The notes: a model not told the origin generated them from the sequence alone. DNA of 60,991 nt, filler included, from 5 parts of 5 records of this genome joined end to end with filler, not necessarily neighbours in it; one strand, 5' to 3'. Shown: positions 9,756 through 20,680, counted from the first letter of the whole stretch. Made by a program: numbers and translations.

Positions 9756-10100
9756 TTAAGACTCTTTATTTTTAACCATGTAAATATTATTATTGTCATC
9801 AACTTTATATTGCCAGAGTGGTTTGCCGGTTGCATCGGTTTTAACGGATAATTTCCTCACCCTGGTCGTATGCGAAACAGGCCCTAAATGTTTTATTTCC
9901 TTCATGTTTTTCAATACATCTGCCACATGCACCTGCAGCTGAGCAAGCAAAATCGATTGTTTGGCAAGATATTGAAAAGGCTGACCGCCGATTTCAATAA
10001 TCTTGCGCCGGATATTGTCCGGATTTGCCAAATCGTTTAAAAACAGGATATACATTTGTGATTGATTATTTGGCTGTAAATTTTTCCTATCTGCTGTCAT
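9756..10100 (-). CDS. Hypothetical protein, first gene of the operon
   Basis: 114-aa ORF co-oriented with the four downstream genes, with an alternating beta/alpha pattern. Confidence 0.6.
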   Translation of the reverse strand: MTADRKNLQPNNQSQMYILFLNDLANPDNIRRKIIEIGGQPFQYLAKQSILLAQLQVHVADVLKNMKEIKHLGPVSHTTRVRKLSVKTDATGKPLWQYKVDDNNNIYMVKNKES

Positions 10101-10272
10101 TCATGCTTTCCGTTAAAATTTATTTAAAGCACACTTTTCATCAAAATATTTACTTTGGCGACAACAATAGTCAAGTGATGACTTTTCTAAATGGGGAGCA
10201 TGGATAGCATTGAAGAAAATGCATGGAATGGCAATTGGAATAGAGAGGAAGTGGAGAAAGCTTTGAATAAAT

Positions 10273-10382
10273 AAAAAAGGCACACGACGGGTTTATCGTC
10301 TAATAAACCAGAACTGTACCTTTTCACATATCATGATAAAGATCCTTTCCCGTCAAAGGATATATTTTCATACGTGCCTTTT
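10273..10382 (-). ncRNA. Candidate structured cis-regulatory leader RNA
   Basis: Closing stem 10275-10283/10374-10382 followed by a U tract on the minus strand. Hairpins at 10290-10309 and 10342-10361. Loop 10349-10354 is complementary to 10286-10291. Confidence 0.45.
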
Positions 10383-10678
10383 AAAGAGAGTTTTATATCG
10401 CTTTTTCAACCACCCAGAGACACCGGATCATTATTCAACGTCATGAGATAACTCTTGTCGCAATTTTTTCGTTTATATGGAAACCAACATTCAATCATTT
10501 TTTTTTATTCCATACTGGCACATTTATTTTACCAATTATTTTAAATCTTTTTGTTCTTTTTTATGCAATACTTCATTAATCTTTCATTTTTTTCTTATCT
10601 TTACTAAAGAGCAATAAACTTTGATTTTGTTAATGTCCATTACATTTTTTGATTTCACGAATTGGAGCAGACAAAAAC

Positions 10679-11299
10679 ATGAACAGAATTAAATATATCA
10701 TTTTTGATTATGGCGGTGTGATAAGTAAACCACAGGATAAAAACATTGTTTATAAAATGCTCAGGCTATTAAATCTGGAAATAAACGAATTTAAAGAATT
10801 GTATACCAAACACAGATATAACTATGACGCCGGGATCATTAATGGCAGGGAGTATTGGCAGAAAACCCTGGAAGGCAATTGCAATGGTGAATTAGATTTT
10901 GACGAGATTATTAAACTTGATGTCAAGAGCTGGTTAGATGAAAATGACGCAATTCTAAATGACATAAAAAACCTGGGCAAACAATCCTTTCATATCGGCA
11001 TATTATCCAATATGACATTTGATACTTTAATATATCTACAAGATAGAGAGTGGTTTCAACTGATTCCATCAAAAGTTTTCTCGTGCCGTGTAAATGTATG
11101 CAAGCCCGATCAAAAAATATATCAGATCCTGGCTGAAAAACTCGGTGCGGATTATCAGGAGATTTTATTTATTGATGATTCAAAAGAGAATATCCTGGCG
11201 GCAGAGGAATTGGGGATTAACACCATTCACTATGTTGATTATGATACTTTTCAACAACAACTGAAAAATCAATACGGCATAAAATCAATGAATTGGTGA
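10679..11299 (+). CDS. HAD family phosphatase
   Basis: IFDYGGV, LSN, KPD and FIDDSKEN motifs. ATG at 10679 is preferred to the TTG at 10649. Confidence 0.9.
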   Translation: MNRIKYIIFDYGGVISKPQDKNIVYKMLRLLNLEINEFKELYTKHRYNYDAGIINGREYWQKTLEGNCNGELDFDEIIKLDVKSWLDENDAILNDIKNLGKQSFHIGILSNMTFDTLIYLQDREWFQLIPSKVFSCRVNVCKPDQKIYQILAEKLGADYQEILFIDDSKENILAAEELGINTIHYVDYDTFQQQLKNQYGIKSMNW

Positions 11300-11305
11300 C
11301 GGTAT

Positions 11306-12318
11306 ATGATAAATTTAATTAGAAAAAAATTAAATCCCACCTGTTATCAGGGGCATAACAAAAGGCCTCACCATTTTGAAGGATGGTATTTTAAAATCAT
11401 TGATCACGAAAAACAAAATATGTATGCCATCATCCCGGGGGTTTTCATCAACAACAATACTCATAACAGTCATTCTTTTATCCAGATTTTCGATGGTAAT
11501 AGTGCGCAGACTTTTTATAACAAATTCCCTGTTGAGGATTTTTTTCAAAAAAGAACACTTTTGATATCCGTATCAATTCCAACCACTTTTCCGCCACAAA
11601 TCTGGTCCTGGATATAAAAAATACAAACATTCATGTAAAGGGGGAACTGGATTTCACTCAATTGACACCATGGCCGATCACATTATTATCACCGGGAATT
11701 ATGGGCTGGTATGCCTGGGTGCCGTTTATGGAGTGTTATCATGGTATTGTCAGCCTGGATCACGATATCCGCGGTTCTTTATCAGTAAACGGTCAAAAAA
11801 CCGACTTTTCTGGTGGCAAAGGTTATAGCGAAAAAGACTGGGGCACATCTTTCCCCGAAGCATGGGTTTGGTGCCAGAGCAATCATTTTCAGTCACAAAA
11901 CACCAGTTTTACCGGATCTGTTGCCATTATTCCCTGGATCCGCAGGCCTTTTTTAGGTTTTATTATGGGCCTGTGGCATAAAAACAAACTTTATCGTTTC
12001 ACAACCTATACAGGGGCGAAACTAATCGAATTCCATATTGAAGAGTCAAAGGTTCACTGGATTGTGCAACAAAAAAAATATGTTCTTGAAATAACGGCAC
12101 ATCGATCAAAAGGTAGTATTTTACAAGCACCCTCTTTTGATGGAATGACGACTGAGATATTGGAATCTCTAAAAGGAACTCTTGAAATCACGTTATCCCG
12201 CGTTACCAGCACTGGCCGCTTTATGATTTTACACGATATTGGACACCATGCCGGTGTCGAGGTCGCGGGAAACCTTGAACGCATAAAGGAGATGTATGAA
12301 AAACAGGTCAATTGTTAA
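11306..12318 (+). CDS. Tocopherol cyclase family protein (frameshift near 11540-11555)
   Basis: HFEGWYFK in the first ORF; GIMGWYAWVPFMECYHGIVS and GYSEKDWGTSFPEAWVWCQSN in the second. Confidence 0.85.
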
Positions 12319-12342
12319 GGTGTCTAAATAAGGAGATGAGTC

Positions 12343-13276
12343 ATGGCTAATAATCAATCCACTTTTTTTAAAATGGTGCGGGCGCCATTTCTGTCTTCCA
12401 TTATTTCTCCGATACTTGCCGGCACATTACTGGCTATTTACGTCACTGGTAAGTTTGAAGGAGTTAATTTTGTCGTTGTCCTGATTATGGGTATCTGCCT
12501 GCATATAGCGACAAATGTTTACAATGATATATATGATACATTACAGGGAACGGATAAAATCAATGTCAATCGCAACGAATTCAGCGGCGGTTCCGGCGTG
12601 CTCGTGGATAATCCGGATCTGTTACCGGTTATGTATCGCCTGGCACGATTTGGTTTGCTGGGTGCACTCTTGTCAACGATAGTTTTGATGTTTCGTGTGG
12701 ATCCATCTTTACGCATTCATTTAATTCTTTTATTTCTTCTTTCCGCTTTTTTCAGCAAGTACTACACAGCTGCTCCGGTCAAACTGGCCTATCGTGGCCT
12801 GGGTGAGTTTTTTGTCTGGTTTGCCTTTGGCCCCATGGCCATTCTGGTGGCAGCGGTCAGCCAGAATGTGGGATTTCATAAAATAATCTGTGTGGCCATG
12901 CCTCTGACCGGCATTAGCACGCTCTCTATATTATTAATTGGACAGATGATCGACCTGGATGCAGATAAAGCGACCGGGAATGGGGTGTGGCAGTCAGAAA
13001 AGGCAATAAAACGACAAGTTTTCTCTATCTGGCTGTACAACTTTTTCTGTGTTTAAATATCATTTTACTGTCTGCAGTCTTTGTAGATAAAGGGTGGCCG
13101 ATTCTTTTGAGTCTAATTCCTTATATTTTATTTCTACCGCGTATCCGGAAAATTCTTCATTCAGGATACGAAAATCCGGATATGTTAAAACAAGCAGCCA
13201 AAATAAATGTCCTGCTTCATTTACTTTTTCGTTATTATTAACCGTTGGTATCCTATTAACACTTTTATTAAAGTAA
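12343..13276 (+). CDS. UbiA superfamily, MenA-like prenyltransferase (frameshifts near 12977 and 13230)
   Basis: RAPFL, NDIYDTLQGTD, FSGGSGVL, YTAAPVKLAYRGLGE, DLDAD motifs. The C-terminus continues in two other frames. Confidence 0.85.
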
Positions 13277-13359
13277 CCAGTCCATTCTATTCATTTTTAA
13301 AGTTTTTCCTTTAAATAATCGTTAGAGAGGATGAACTTTATAACAAGGAAATAATAAAT

Positions 13360-15560
13360 ATGAAATCATTTAAACTCATTATTTGGCTGGCCGTATTTTG
13401 GAATATTACGACTTTCTCTTACGCTTCCGGGCTGGAAGATCTGACTCCCATAAAAAACTGGGACAATCCGGCTCCAGGTATCTGGAAAACGATGATTGGA
13501 GATACAAGTCAGGAACTCCTCTACACGTCTCTGGCTGCCGAACCGCCACAGTTTAAGGCATTAAAAAAGCGTCCGGTGACGCCGTTTCCCTTTCAGAGTG
13601 ATTCCATACGATTTTTAAAAACCCAACAAACCATCACTGTGCATATCCCGACATCCGTAGACGAAAAAATTTACGGATTTGGACTCCAGTTTGACAGTAT
13701 CGATAAATCAGACAAGGTTTTAACGTTGAATGTGGATCACTGGGCCAAGGGTGGCGGACGAACTCACGCGCCAGTGCCGTTTTACATTTCCAGCCGCGGC
13801 TATGGTGTTTTTTTTAATACAGCCCGATTTCTCAAGGTCTATGCCCGAAATGGTAATCGCAAGGACTCCCCAAACAATCCAGTGCCGGTGGACCGTAATC
13901 CAGTGCGCGGTGAAAGCCAGCCTCGTCCATGGCAATCCGCTTCTGCTTCTGATGCGGTTGAGGCATCTCTTTACGCGCAAGGACTGGAGATCTTTGTTTT
14001 TTCCGGTCAAAATCTTCTGGATGTTGTCAGCCGTTATAACCTGTACTGTGGTGGCGGTACACTACCTCCTCTCTGGGGATTGGGTTTCTGGCACCGTGTT
14101 CCGGCAACGTTTAACGCTGATGAAACACGGACAGAGATAAAACAGTTTAAGGAGCACGATATCCCGCTGGATGTCATTGGCCTGGAACCGGGCTGGATGT
14201 CCACATCTTATCCCTGTACCTTTGAGTGGCAGACAAAACGATTTCCGGATCCGGCCGGATTTTCACAGGAACTCCTGGACAAAGGTATTCGCCTCAACCT
14301 CTGGGAAAATCCCTATATCTCCCCTGAAGGCAAGCTCTATAAAGACATGTACCCGCTCTCCGGATCTCATTTGGTCTGGCTTGGCATCGTTCCGGATTAT
14401 ACCCTGAAAGAAGCACGAAAATTATTAACAGATCAGCATTATCAGGATCATATCCGTATTGGCATCAGCGGCTATAAAATCGACGAGGTGGACGGTTATG
14501 ACCACTGGCTGTGGCCGGATCATGCTACTTTTCCTTCCGGCACCTCTGCGGAAGCCATGCGCCAGGCTTATGGCTTGATTATGCAGAAAATGATTTACAA
14601 TGATTTATTCAAAAAACAGAATATCCGGACATATGGCCTGGTTCGTGCCAGTAACGGCGCGGCATCAGGTTATCCCTTTGTGATTTACAGCGATGCCTAC
14701 GACCACTCACAGTATATCACCGGATTATCTACTGCCAGCTTATGCGGCATCCTGTGGACGCCTGAAACCAGAGAGGCGAAAAGTGACCGCGAATGGTTGA
14801 ACCGTATCCAGACTGTCTGTTTTTCTCCCATGGCCAATCTCAATGCCTGGTCCTCCGGGAAAAAACCATGGAGCTATAGGGGAGTGACTGATGCAGTACG
14901 TAAGGTTATCAAACTGCGCATGCAATTGCTACCCTATTTGTATACGGCTTTTGCCGACTACCATTTTAAGGGCATCCCGCCCGTCCGTGCCATGATTCTT
15001 GAAACAGAATCGGGATTTACAGAATCCAGGAAAACAATTAAAGGACAACTAAACGGCGTTCAAAATCCCTATGCCGAAAGTAAAGTGGTTGAGAGAAACG
15101 ATCAGTTCATGTTTGGACCTTCTATTTTGGTCGCTCCCTTTTATGAAAAGTATGCAACTGAACGTCAGGTTCAGTTACCGACCGGGAACTGGTATGACTT
15201 TTACACCGGCCAATTTGTTGGCAACAACCAAATTATTACTGTGACTGCTGACAATAATCAGATCCCCTTGTTTGTCAAAGAAGGCGCAGTCATTCCAATG
15301 CTCACCAGCGCCGTAAACCAGAGCAAAGAAGCGTATGGTCATCCCCTGAAATTCGAATTTACGGCACATCCCCCGGAAGTTTTGACCTGTATGAGGATGA
15401 CGGCCTGACATTTGATTATATGCATGGTCAATATCGCGTGCGAAGAATAGAGGTTTCAAAAGATAAAAAAGATGGATTCAGATTCACTGAAACAATCAAA
15501 CACAATAACGCCCCAGCCCTGTTTGGGCCGGCACAGAGCCTGAAAATCATGACACAATAA
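13360..15560 (+). CDS. Glycoside hydrolase family 31 (frameshift near 15348)
   Basis: PLWGLGFW, YKIDEVDG, LRMQLLPYLY, FMFGPSILVAP. The true C-terminus IRIYGTSPGSFDLYEDDG...KIMTQ* is in a shifted frame ending at 15560. Confidence 0.9.
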
Positions 15561-15647
15561 ATTGATCTTTTAAAATATTTTCAGAAAATAATGTTCCGGC
15601 AACGGGATCAAGTGGATTTTTCGGAATTTTTTAAAGACAGTACAATA

Positions 15648-15814
15648 GATTCCCGCTTAAAACGTGCGGGAATGACATGTATTTTTCCGGTGGTAATTCA
15701 TTTTAGTTCGTGAGCGAGTTGTGCCACAAGGTAAACCAACAGTACCAAACAATAAAAGTGTCAGTTTAGAATGGTCCCTTTCAAAGTCATTCCCGAATGC
15801 TCGTATCGGGAATC
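15648..15814. repeat. Two inverted copies of the REP-like palindrome; the contig ends at the second
   Basis: gattcccgcttaaaacgtgcgggaatgac (15648-15676) and gtcattcccgaatgctcgtatcgggaatc (15786-15814). Confidence 0.75.
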
Positions 15815-15914
15815 NNNNNNNNNNNNNNNNNNNNNNNNNNNNNNNNNNNNNNNNNNNNTTAATTAATTAANNNNNNNNNNNNNNNNNNNNNNNNNNNNNN
15901 NNNNNNNNNNNNNN
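15815..15914. other. Artificial contig linker
   Basis: 44 N + TTAATTAATTAA (stops in all six frames) + 44 N. Confidence 0.98.
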
Positions 15915-16716
15915 TTTTTCTTATAATACCAGAGCTGTCAAGTGTTCCTGCTACAGAATGTACTTGAGTGATCTCTAAAGCTTCATTAAACGTAAGGTCT
16001 GGCAATATACCAGGCAAGCTTTTTGCAAGCATCGATTTCCCTGAACCGGGTGGTCCAATCATTAGTATATTGTGTCCACCAGCAGCAGCAACTTCCATGG
16101 CTTTTTTGGCAAATACCTGACCTTTAATCTCGCTAAAATCAACATCATTTCGAGATTTAGTATTGCTAATATCCTTATAAGTTTTCACTTGTAATTTATC
16201 GATTTTTTCTTGGTTATTTAAATGAGAAACAACTTGATTTATTGTTTTTACAGGGTAAATTTTTATTATATCCAAACACTCAACTTCAGAGATATTGTCA
16301 TAAGGAATCACTGCACTATCAAAGCCAAACTTCTTTGCATCAATAAGCATAGGTAAAAGACCTTTTACCTTGCGTATTTTCCCATCCAAAGCAAGCTCGC
16401 CAAAAAACACAGTTTTATTAGGTACTCTTACAACCTGTCCACTAGCAGAAAGCAAGCCCATTGCAATGGGCAAATCATAAATAGGTCCTTCTTTTTTTCT
16501 ATCAGCAGGTGCAAGATTAATTGTTATTCTTTTTGTAGGATAATCAAGATTAGAATTTTTAATCGCTGATCTTATCCTGTCTTTAGATTCTTTTACAGCA
16601 ATACCAGGGAGACCAACAGTTTCATACGCGGGGATACCGTTAGAAATATCCACCTCAACAGTGACAGTAAATCCTGAAAGCCCAATCAGTCCAATGCTTT
16701 CAACTTTTGCAAACAA
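15915..16716 (-). CDS. comM: YifB/ComM Mg-chelatase-like AAA+ ATPase, 3'-truncated by the contig end
   Basis: VGLPGIAVKESKDR, INLAPADRKKEG, GELALDG, GPPGSGKS. Confidence 0.9.
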
Positions 16717-16740
16717 ATTATATTAGCTCCTTAACTTTTT

Positions 16741-19700
16741 TTAATAAAACGGCCATGAATCTAACCACCTTAACCATTCTCCATATCCAGTCGAAATTGT
16801 CATACCGCTAATAACTGGGTAGAAAAGAATAAATAATACAAAGCAAATGAAAAGATATCCTATTATAAAGAATTTACCATTCTTTGTTCTTTCCCAAATA
16901 TACTTACATGCAAATGTTATTAGCATTATTAAAAACGGTACTGTTGCAAAGTAATGATAAATATATGTTTCTCTTGATATAAAAATCCACGGTACAATTT
17001 CGCAAAGTGCCGCTATAAGAACAAAGCCTAAAACGCCTTTGTATTTTTCATCATTATATTTTGAAGCTAACACAACAACAATAGCAGGATACAGCGCCCA
17101 CCAAATCATCGGGTTACCAAACGTTGATATTGTTGACAATGTATTATTAGCTACATCATGATTTCTAAAAAACAATACTGGTCTTATATCAAATATCCAA
17201 GAATACCATTTTGAAGCAAATGGATGAACCGAATCTGGATTCAGTAGTGAATGATAATTAAACATATACTTTTGATTTTCCAAAATGCTTTTAAAAGTAT
17301 ATTGATCTGCGCCTCTCATATATGGCGCATAGGATAGATAGTAAATGATAAGTGGAACAACTACAAAGAACAAAATGCACCATAATAATGTTATCAAAAG
17401 GTTTTTCATAAAATTGTCTGAAATCCATTTATAAAAATCCATATTGGACGAGCTATTATTCTTAATTATTATTTTCGCTACTCTATATTCTCTAAATCTT
17501 TGAAAAACAGTATAGAAAAATATAAGAGCCAAACCAACCCCAGCATATAAACACAGCCATTTTGTAGAAGCCCCGAGCCCAAACGATATACCACATAATG
17601 CAAGTGGTATTAAGGTTGTGGAAAGTCTTTGTTTATTAAAATTCATACAATAATAATCATACATAAAGTAGAACATCAGCATAATAAAGAACACACTAAA
17701 GCTATCTATTGTCGCTATTCTAGTTTGCGCAAAATGCATAAAATCAGCCGCCAAAAGCGTTGTTGCTATAAAGGCTAAGTAGGTTCTTTTAAACACTTTT
17801 TTAGCAAAAAGATACATAAGTGGCAGCATCAAAATACCGCAAAGCGCACCCATAAATCTCCATCCAAATGGAGTCATGCCAAAGATTCTTATACCAATTG
17901 CAATTATACTTTTTCCAAGCGGTGGATGAGATACTTCATAAATCTCTCTTCCCTCAATATGCTCAAGCGCACTCCTTGCATGATATATTTCATCAAAGTA
18001 CATACCTTGTTTATAAGATATCTCTTCTGGTACTTTATCTTGCTCATCAAAAGCGTAATAATGTATTTGATTTGCATCGTTAAAATTGCTAACTGTTTCT
18101 TTAATTTCTATTATGTTTCCATTGCTATCTATAAAAGCAATCTCTTTAAGATCAAAATCTTTTTCTCTAATGGTTATCCTTACTTTAGATGTTGAAAAGT
18201 TACAATCAACAAAGTTCCATCGGTACATTTTTCCATAATCATGATTGATATTAAAAAATCCATCCGCTGATTCATCATCAATTATATTGTTATAATATCC
18301 GTTTTCATCAAGCATTTCAAAATCAATAATACTTTTACCTATACCAGTATAATATTTAATCTGATCCACTTGTTTCACATCAGAAAACTCAACCTCTATA
18401 GCATAATTTTCATTTGGACTATCTACGCCATTTTTTGGTACTTTAAACGACCCTAAACCAACAAATGCTATAACTGCATAGACTAAAGTAATAATTAGTA
18501 TCAATATCTTATCATGATGTTTTATTATGGTCGGTTCATATTTTTCATGCAAGCTTAAAACTATTTCTTTTTTAGCTTTTTTGGTTTCTCGTTTGTTAAC
18601 ATACTGCTGTTTTATTTTCTGCTCTTCTTCTCTGTTTTCAATCGTTTTTAAAATAACTATACTTTGGCTTATCAGTATACAATAAACTAAATAGGCTAAA
18701 TGTCCAAAGCAGAAAATACTCAATAAAGACATGACTATCTCGATTGCGGCATAATTTTCTACTCCAAAAAAGAATAATACAGATATCTGGCTAAACAATG
18801 CAAAAACAGTGTACAGCATTGCAGATGTGATAATTTTTCTGTCTCGTAAATAGCAATACGCAAACATCAAAAGGATTGGAACTGGTAATATATATCTTTC
18901 GTGCATTCCATGTCCAAAGGTAAAAATACCTGCAATCAAGAAACTAGAAATTAAGAAAATCACATGCTTATCCTTGTTTCTGTAACCAAGCCACATTGAT
19001 ATTAGGCTAAATAATACAATAAATATATATCCCCAAGTTTGATAAGAAAATATTAAAAACTTTTCAGTATATATTGCATAGTTCGCACCAAATAAAGTAT
19101 AAAAGTTAAACCCATTCATAGACACATAATTATACGAAGATGCAGATAAAAAGAAGTTTTTAAACGCCCAAAAGATATTGTTATCACCTTTAAAAGGTAA
19201 CGACACGCATATATATAAGACTACAAATATCCCTATAGATGCAAAAACCGTAATCAGAGATTTAACAATGCTTCTATGTCTAAAAAACAGCAATATATAA
19301 TACATCCCTATTATAGGTATAAAGAATATACTCTGAGTCTTAACTAGCATACTAACTGCAAACATAGCAGCTGATAAGTAATACTTTTCTTCTTCCATAT
19401 AGTACAGTGTTAGAATAATCAAAAACACAAATACTATATCCACTTGCCCCCACGCAGATGTATTGATAAGAACTGCTGGGTTTATAAATGCAATTAGACT
19501 GATGATCAGTGCATTTAGTTTACCTAAATATCTAGCAGAAATTCTAAATATCAATATACTGGTCAAAACTTCAAAAATTATGGGTGGAGTTTTTAACAGT
19601 AAGTTAAATGCCGTCGAGTCGAACCCTGTATTAAATAGATTAGCAAGTTTACCTATCACCATAAGTATATACATATAGCCCGCAGGATAATTCGATTTTG

Positions 19701-20601
19701 AAATTGTATAAAAATCCTTCATACTTTGGTTTGCTAAAAGGTTGCTCCAGTATGTAAAGCTACCAATATCAGAAGGCAAATCGGTGCCTAGCGATGCAAC
19801 AAAATATTTAAATAAAGTAACAAGTATCAAACCAAAAGCCAAATACAAATTTACTCTTTTATCGTTTATCTGATCAGAACTTATCTGGATCCTATTTTCT
19901 TTAGAATACCAGGTTAAGGATAACATGTATAAAGCTAAGCAGAACAAGATAAGCAACAATGATATCTTCTGATTATTTGATAAAACTCTTTCAATAGTCT
20001 TATTTTCAATTGTTTCTGGTGCTGTTTGTTCAATTTCGGCTTCATCATCAATGATATTGACAACACTATCCATTTCAATATTATCAATTTGGACAACGTA
20101 TATATCATCAACAAAAAGCTTACCGCTTGCATATGAGTCTATGCTTCCTACAGATATCTCAATATTTGTATAAACATCTGACCCAAGGGTCGTTACGTAA
20201 AAAGTAACGTCCTGCCATTGTAGCGAATCTCCAATAAACTTATTAGACATTGCTCCATCGTTTTCCAACTTAATATATCCGTATTCATTCGTAGAAAAAC
20301 CAGAATATTTTACTCTAGCTCCAATTTCGTATGTGGAATTAGCTTTTAAAAATACAGGTTTTTTTAAGCTAACATAGTTTTCATCTATACAATTGATAAG
20401 TGCATATGTGTTTTCTTCTAGCAAAATTGTTTTTACAACAAATTTTTCGTCTCTATTGTTAATGCTGACTTCCCAAAAATCATCTATATTATCGACACCT
20501 TCAAAATCACCATATTCAATCTGATTCTTTTGATCAGCAAATACAGACATAGGCAATATTATTATTAAAATAGCTATAATCACAATCAAAATCTTTTTCA
20601 T
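16741..20601 (-). CDS. Large GT-C membrane glycosyltransferase: carbohydrate-binding-like N-domain, GT87/ALG-like module and PMT (GT39) module
   Basis: Signal peptide; NYPAGYMY, WGQVD and MHERY in module 1; YFDEIYHARSA, HPPLGK, FGWRF, QTRIATID, HPFAS and YIYHYF in module 2. Confidence 0.85.
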   Translation of the reverse strand: MKKILIVIIAILIIILPMSVFADQKNQIEYGDFEGVDNIDDFWEVSINNRDEKFVVKTILLEENTYALINCIDENYVSLKKPVFLKANSTYEIGARVKYSGFSTNEYGYIKLENDGAMSNKFIGDSLQWQDVTFYVTTLGSDVYTNIEISVGSIDSYASGKLFVDDIYVVQIDNIEMDSVVNIIDDEAEIEQTAPETIENKTIERVLSNNQKISLLLILFCLALYMLSLTWYSKENRIQISSDQINDKRVNLYLAFGLILVTLFKYFVASLGTDLPSDIGSFTYWSNLLANQSMKDFYTISKSNYPAGYMYILMVIGKLANLFNTGFDSTAFNLLLKTPPIIFEVLTSILIFRISARYLGKLNALIISLIAFINPAVLINTSAWGQVDIVFVFLIILTLYYMEEEKYYLSAAMFAVSMLVKTQSIFFIPIIGMYYILLFFRHRSIVKSLITVFASIGIFVVLYICVSLPFKGDNNIFWAFKNFFLSASSYNYVSMNGFNFYTLFGANYAIYTEKFLIFSYQTWGYIFIVLFSLISMWLGYRNKDKHVIFLISSFLIAGIFTFGHGMHERYILPVPILLMFAYCYLRDRKIITSAMLYTVFALFSQISVLFFFGVENYAAIEIVMSLLSIFCFGHLAYLVYCILISQSIVILKTIENREEEQKIKQQYVNKRETKKAKKEIVLSLHEKYEPTIIKHHDKILILIITLVYAVIAFVGLGSFKVPKNGVDSPNENYAIEVEFSDVKQVDQIKYYTGIGKSIIDFEMLDENGYYNNIIDDESADGFFNINHDYGKMYRWNFVDCNFSTSKVRITIREKDFDLKEIAFIDSNGNIIEIKETVSNFNDANQIHYYAFDEQDKVPEEISYKQGMYFDEIYHARSALEHIEGREIYEVSHPPLGKSIIAIGIRIFGMTPFGWRFMGALCGILMLPLMYLFAKKVFKRTYLAFIATTLLAADFMHFAQTRIATIDSFSVFFIMLMFYFMYDYYCMNFNKQRLSTTLIPLALCGISFGLGASTKWLCLYAGVGLALIFFYTVFQRFREYRVAKIIIKNNSSSNMDFYKWISDNFMKNLLITLLWCILFFVVVPLIIYYLSYAPYMRGADQYTFKSILENQKYMFNYHSLLNPDSVHPFASKWYSWIFDIRPVLFFRNHDVANNTLSTISTFGNPMIWWALYPAIVVVLASKYNDEKYKGVLGFVLIAALCEIVPWIFISRETYIYHYFATVPFLIMLITFACKYIWERTKNGKFFIIGYLFICFVLFILFYPVISGMTISTGYGEWLRWLDSWPFY

Positions 20602-20680
20602 ATACAGTCATCCTTTACATAAAGCTTAAAACAGTAAAAAAGCAAATATTATAAATCAACATAACTACAGTTTTTTTATT

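Noticed and set aside
10200-10274. 24-aa ORF MDSIEENAWNGNWNREEVEKALNK on the plus strand
   Set aside because: The GGGGAG sits only 1 nt from the ATG, the ORF is antisense to the operon leader, and there is no other support.
15859-15870. TTAATTAATTAA palindrome repeated four times, and ORFs ending in X...LIN
   Set aside because: Synthetic six-frame stop linker, not biological.
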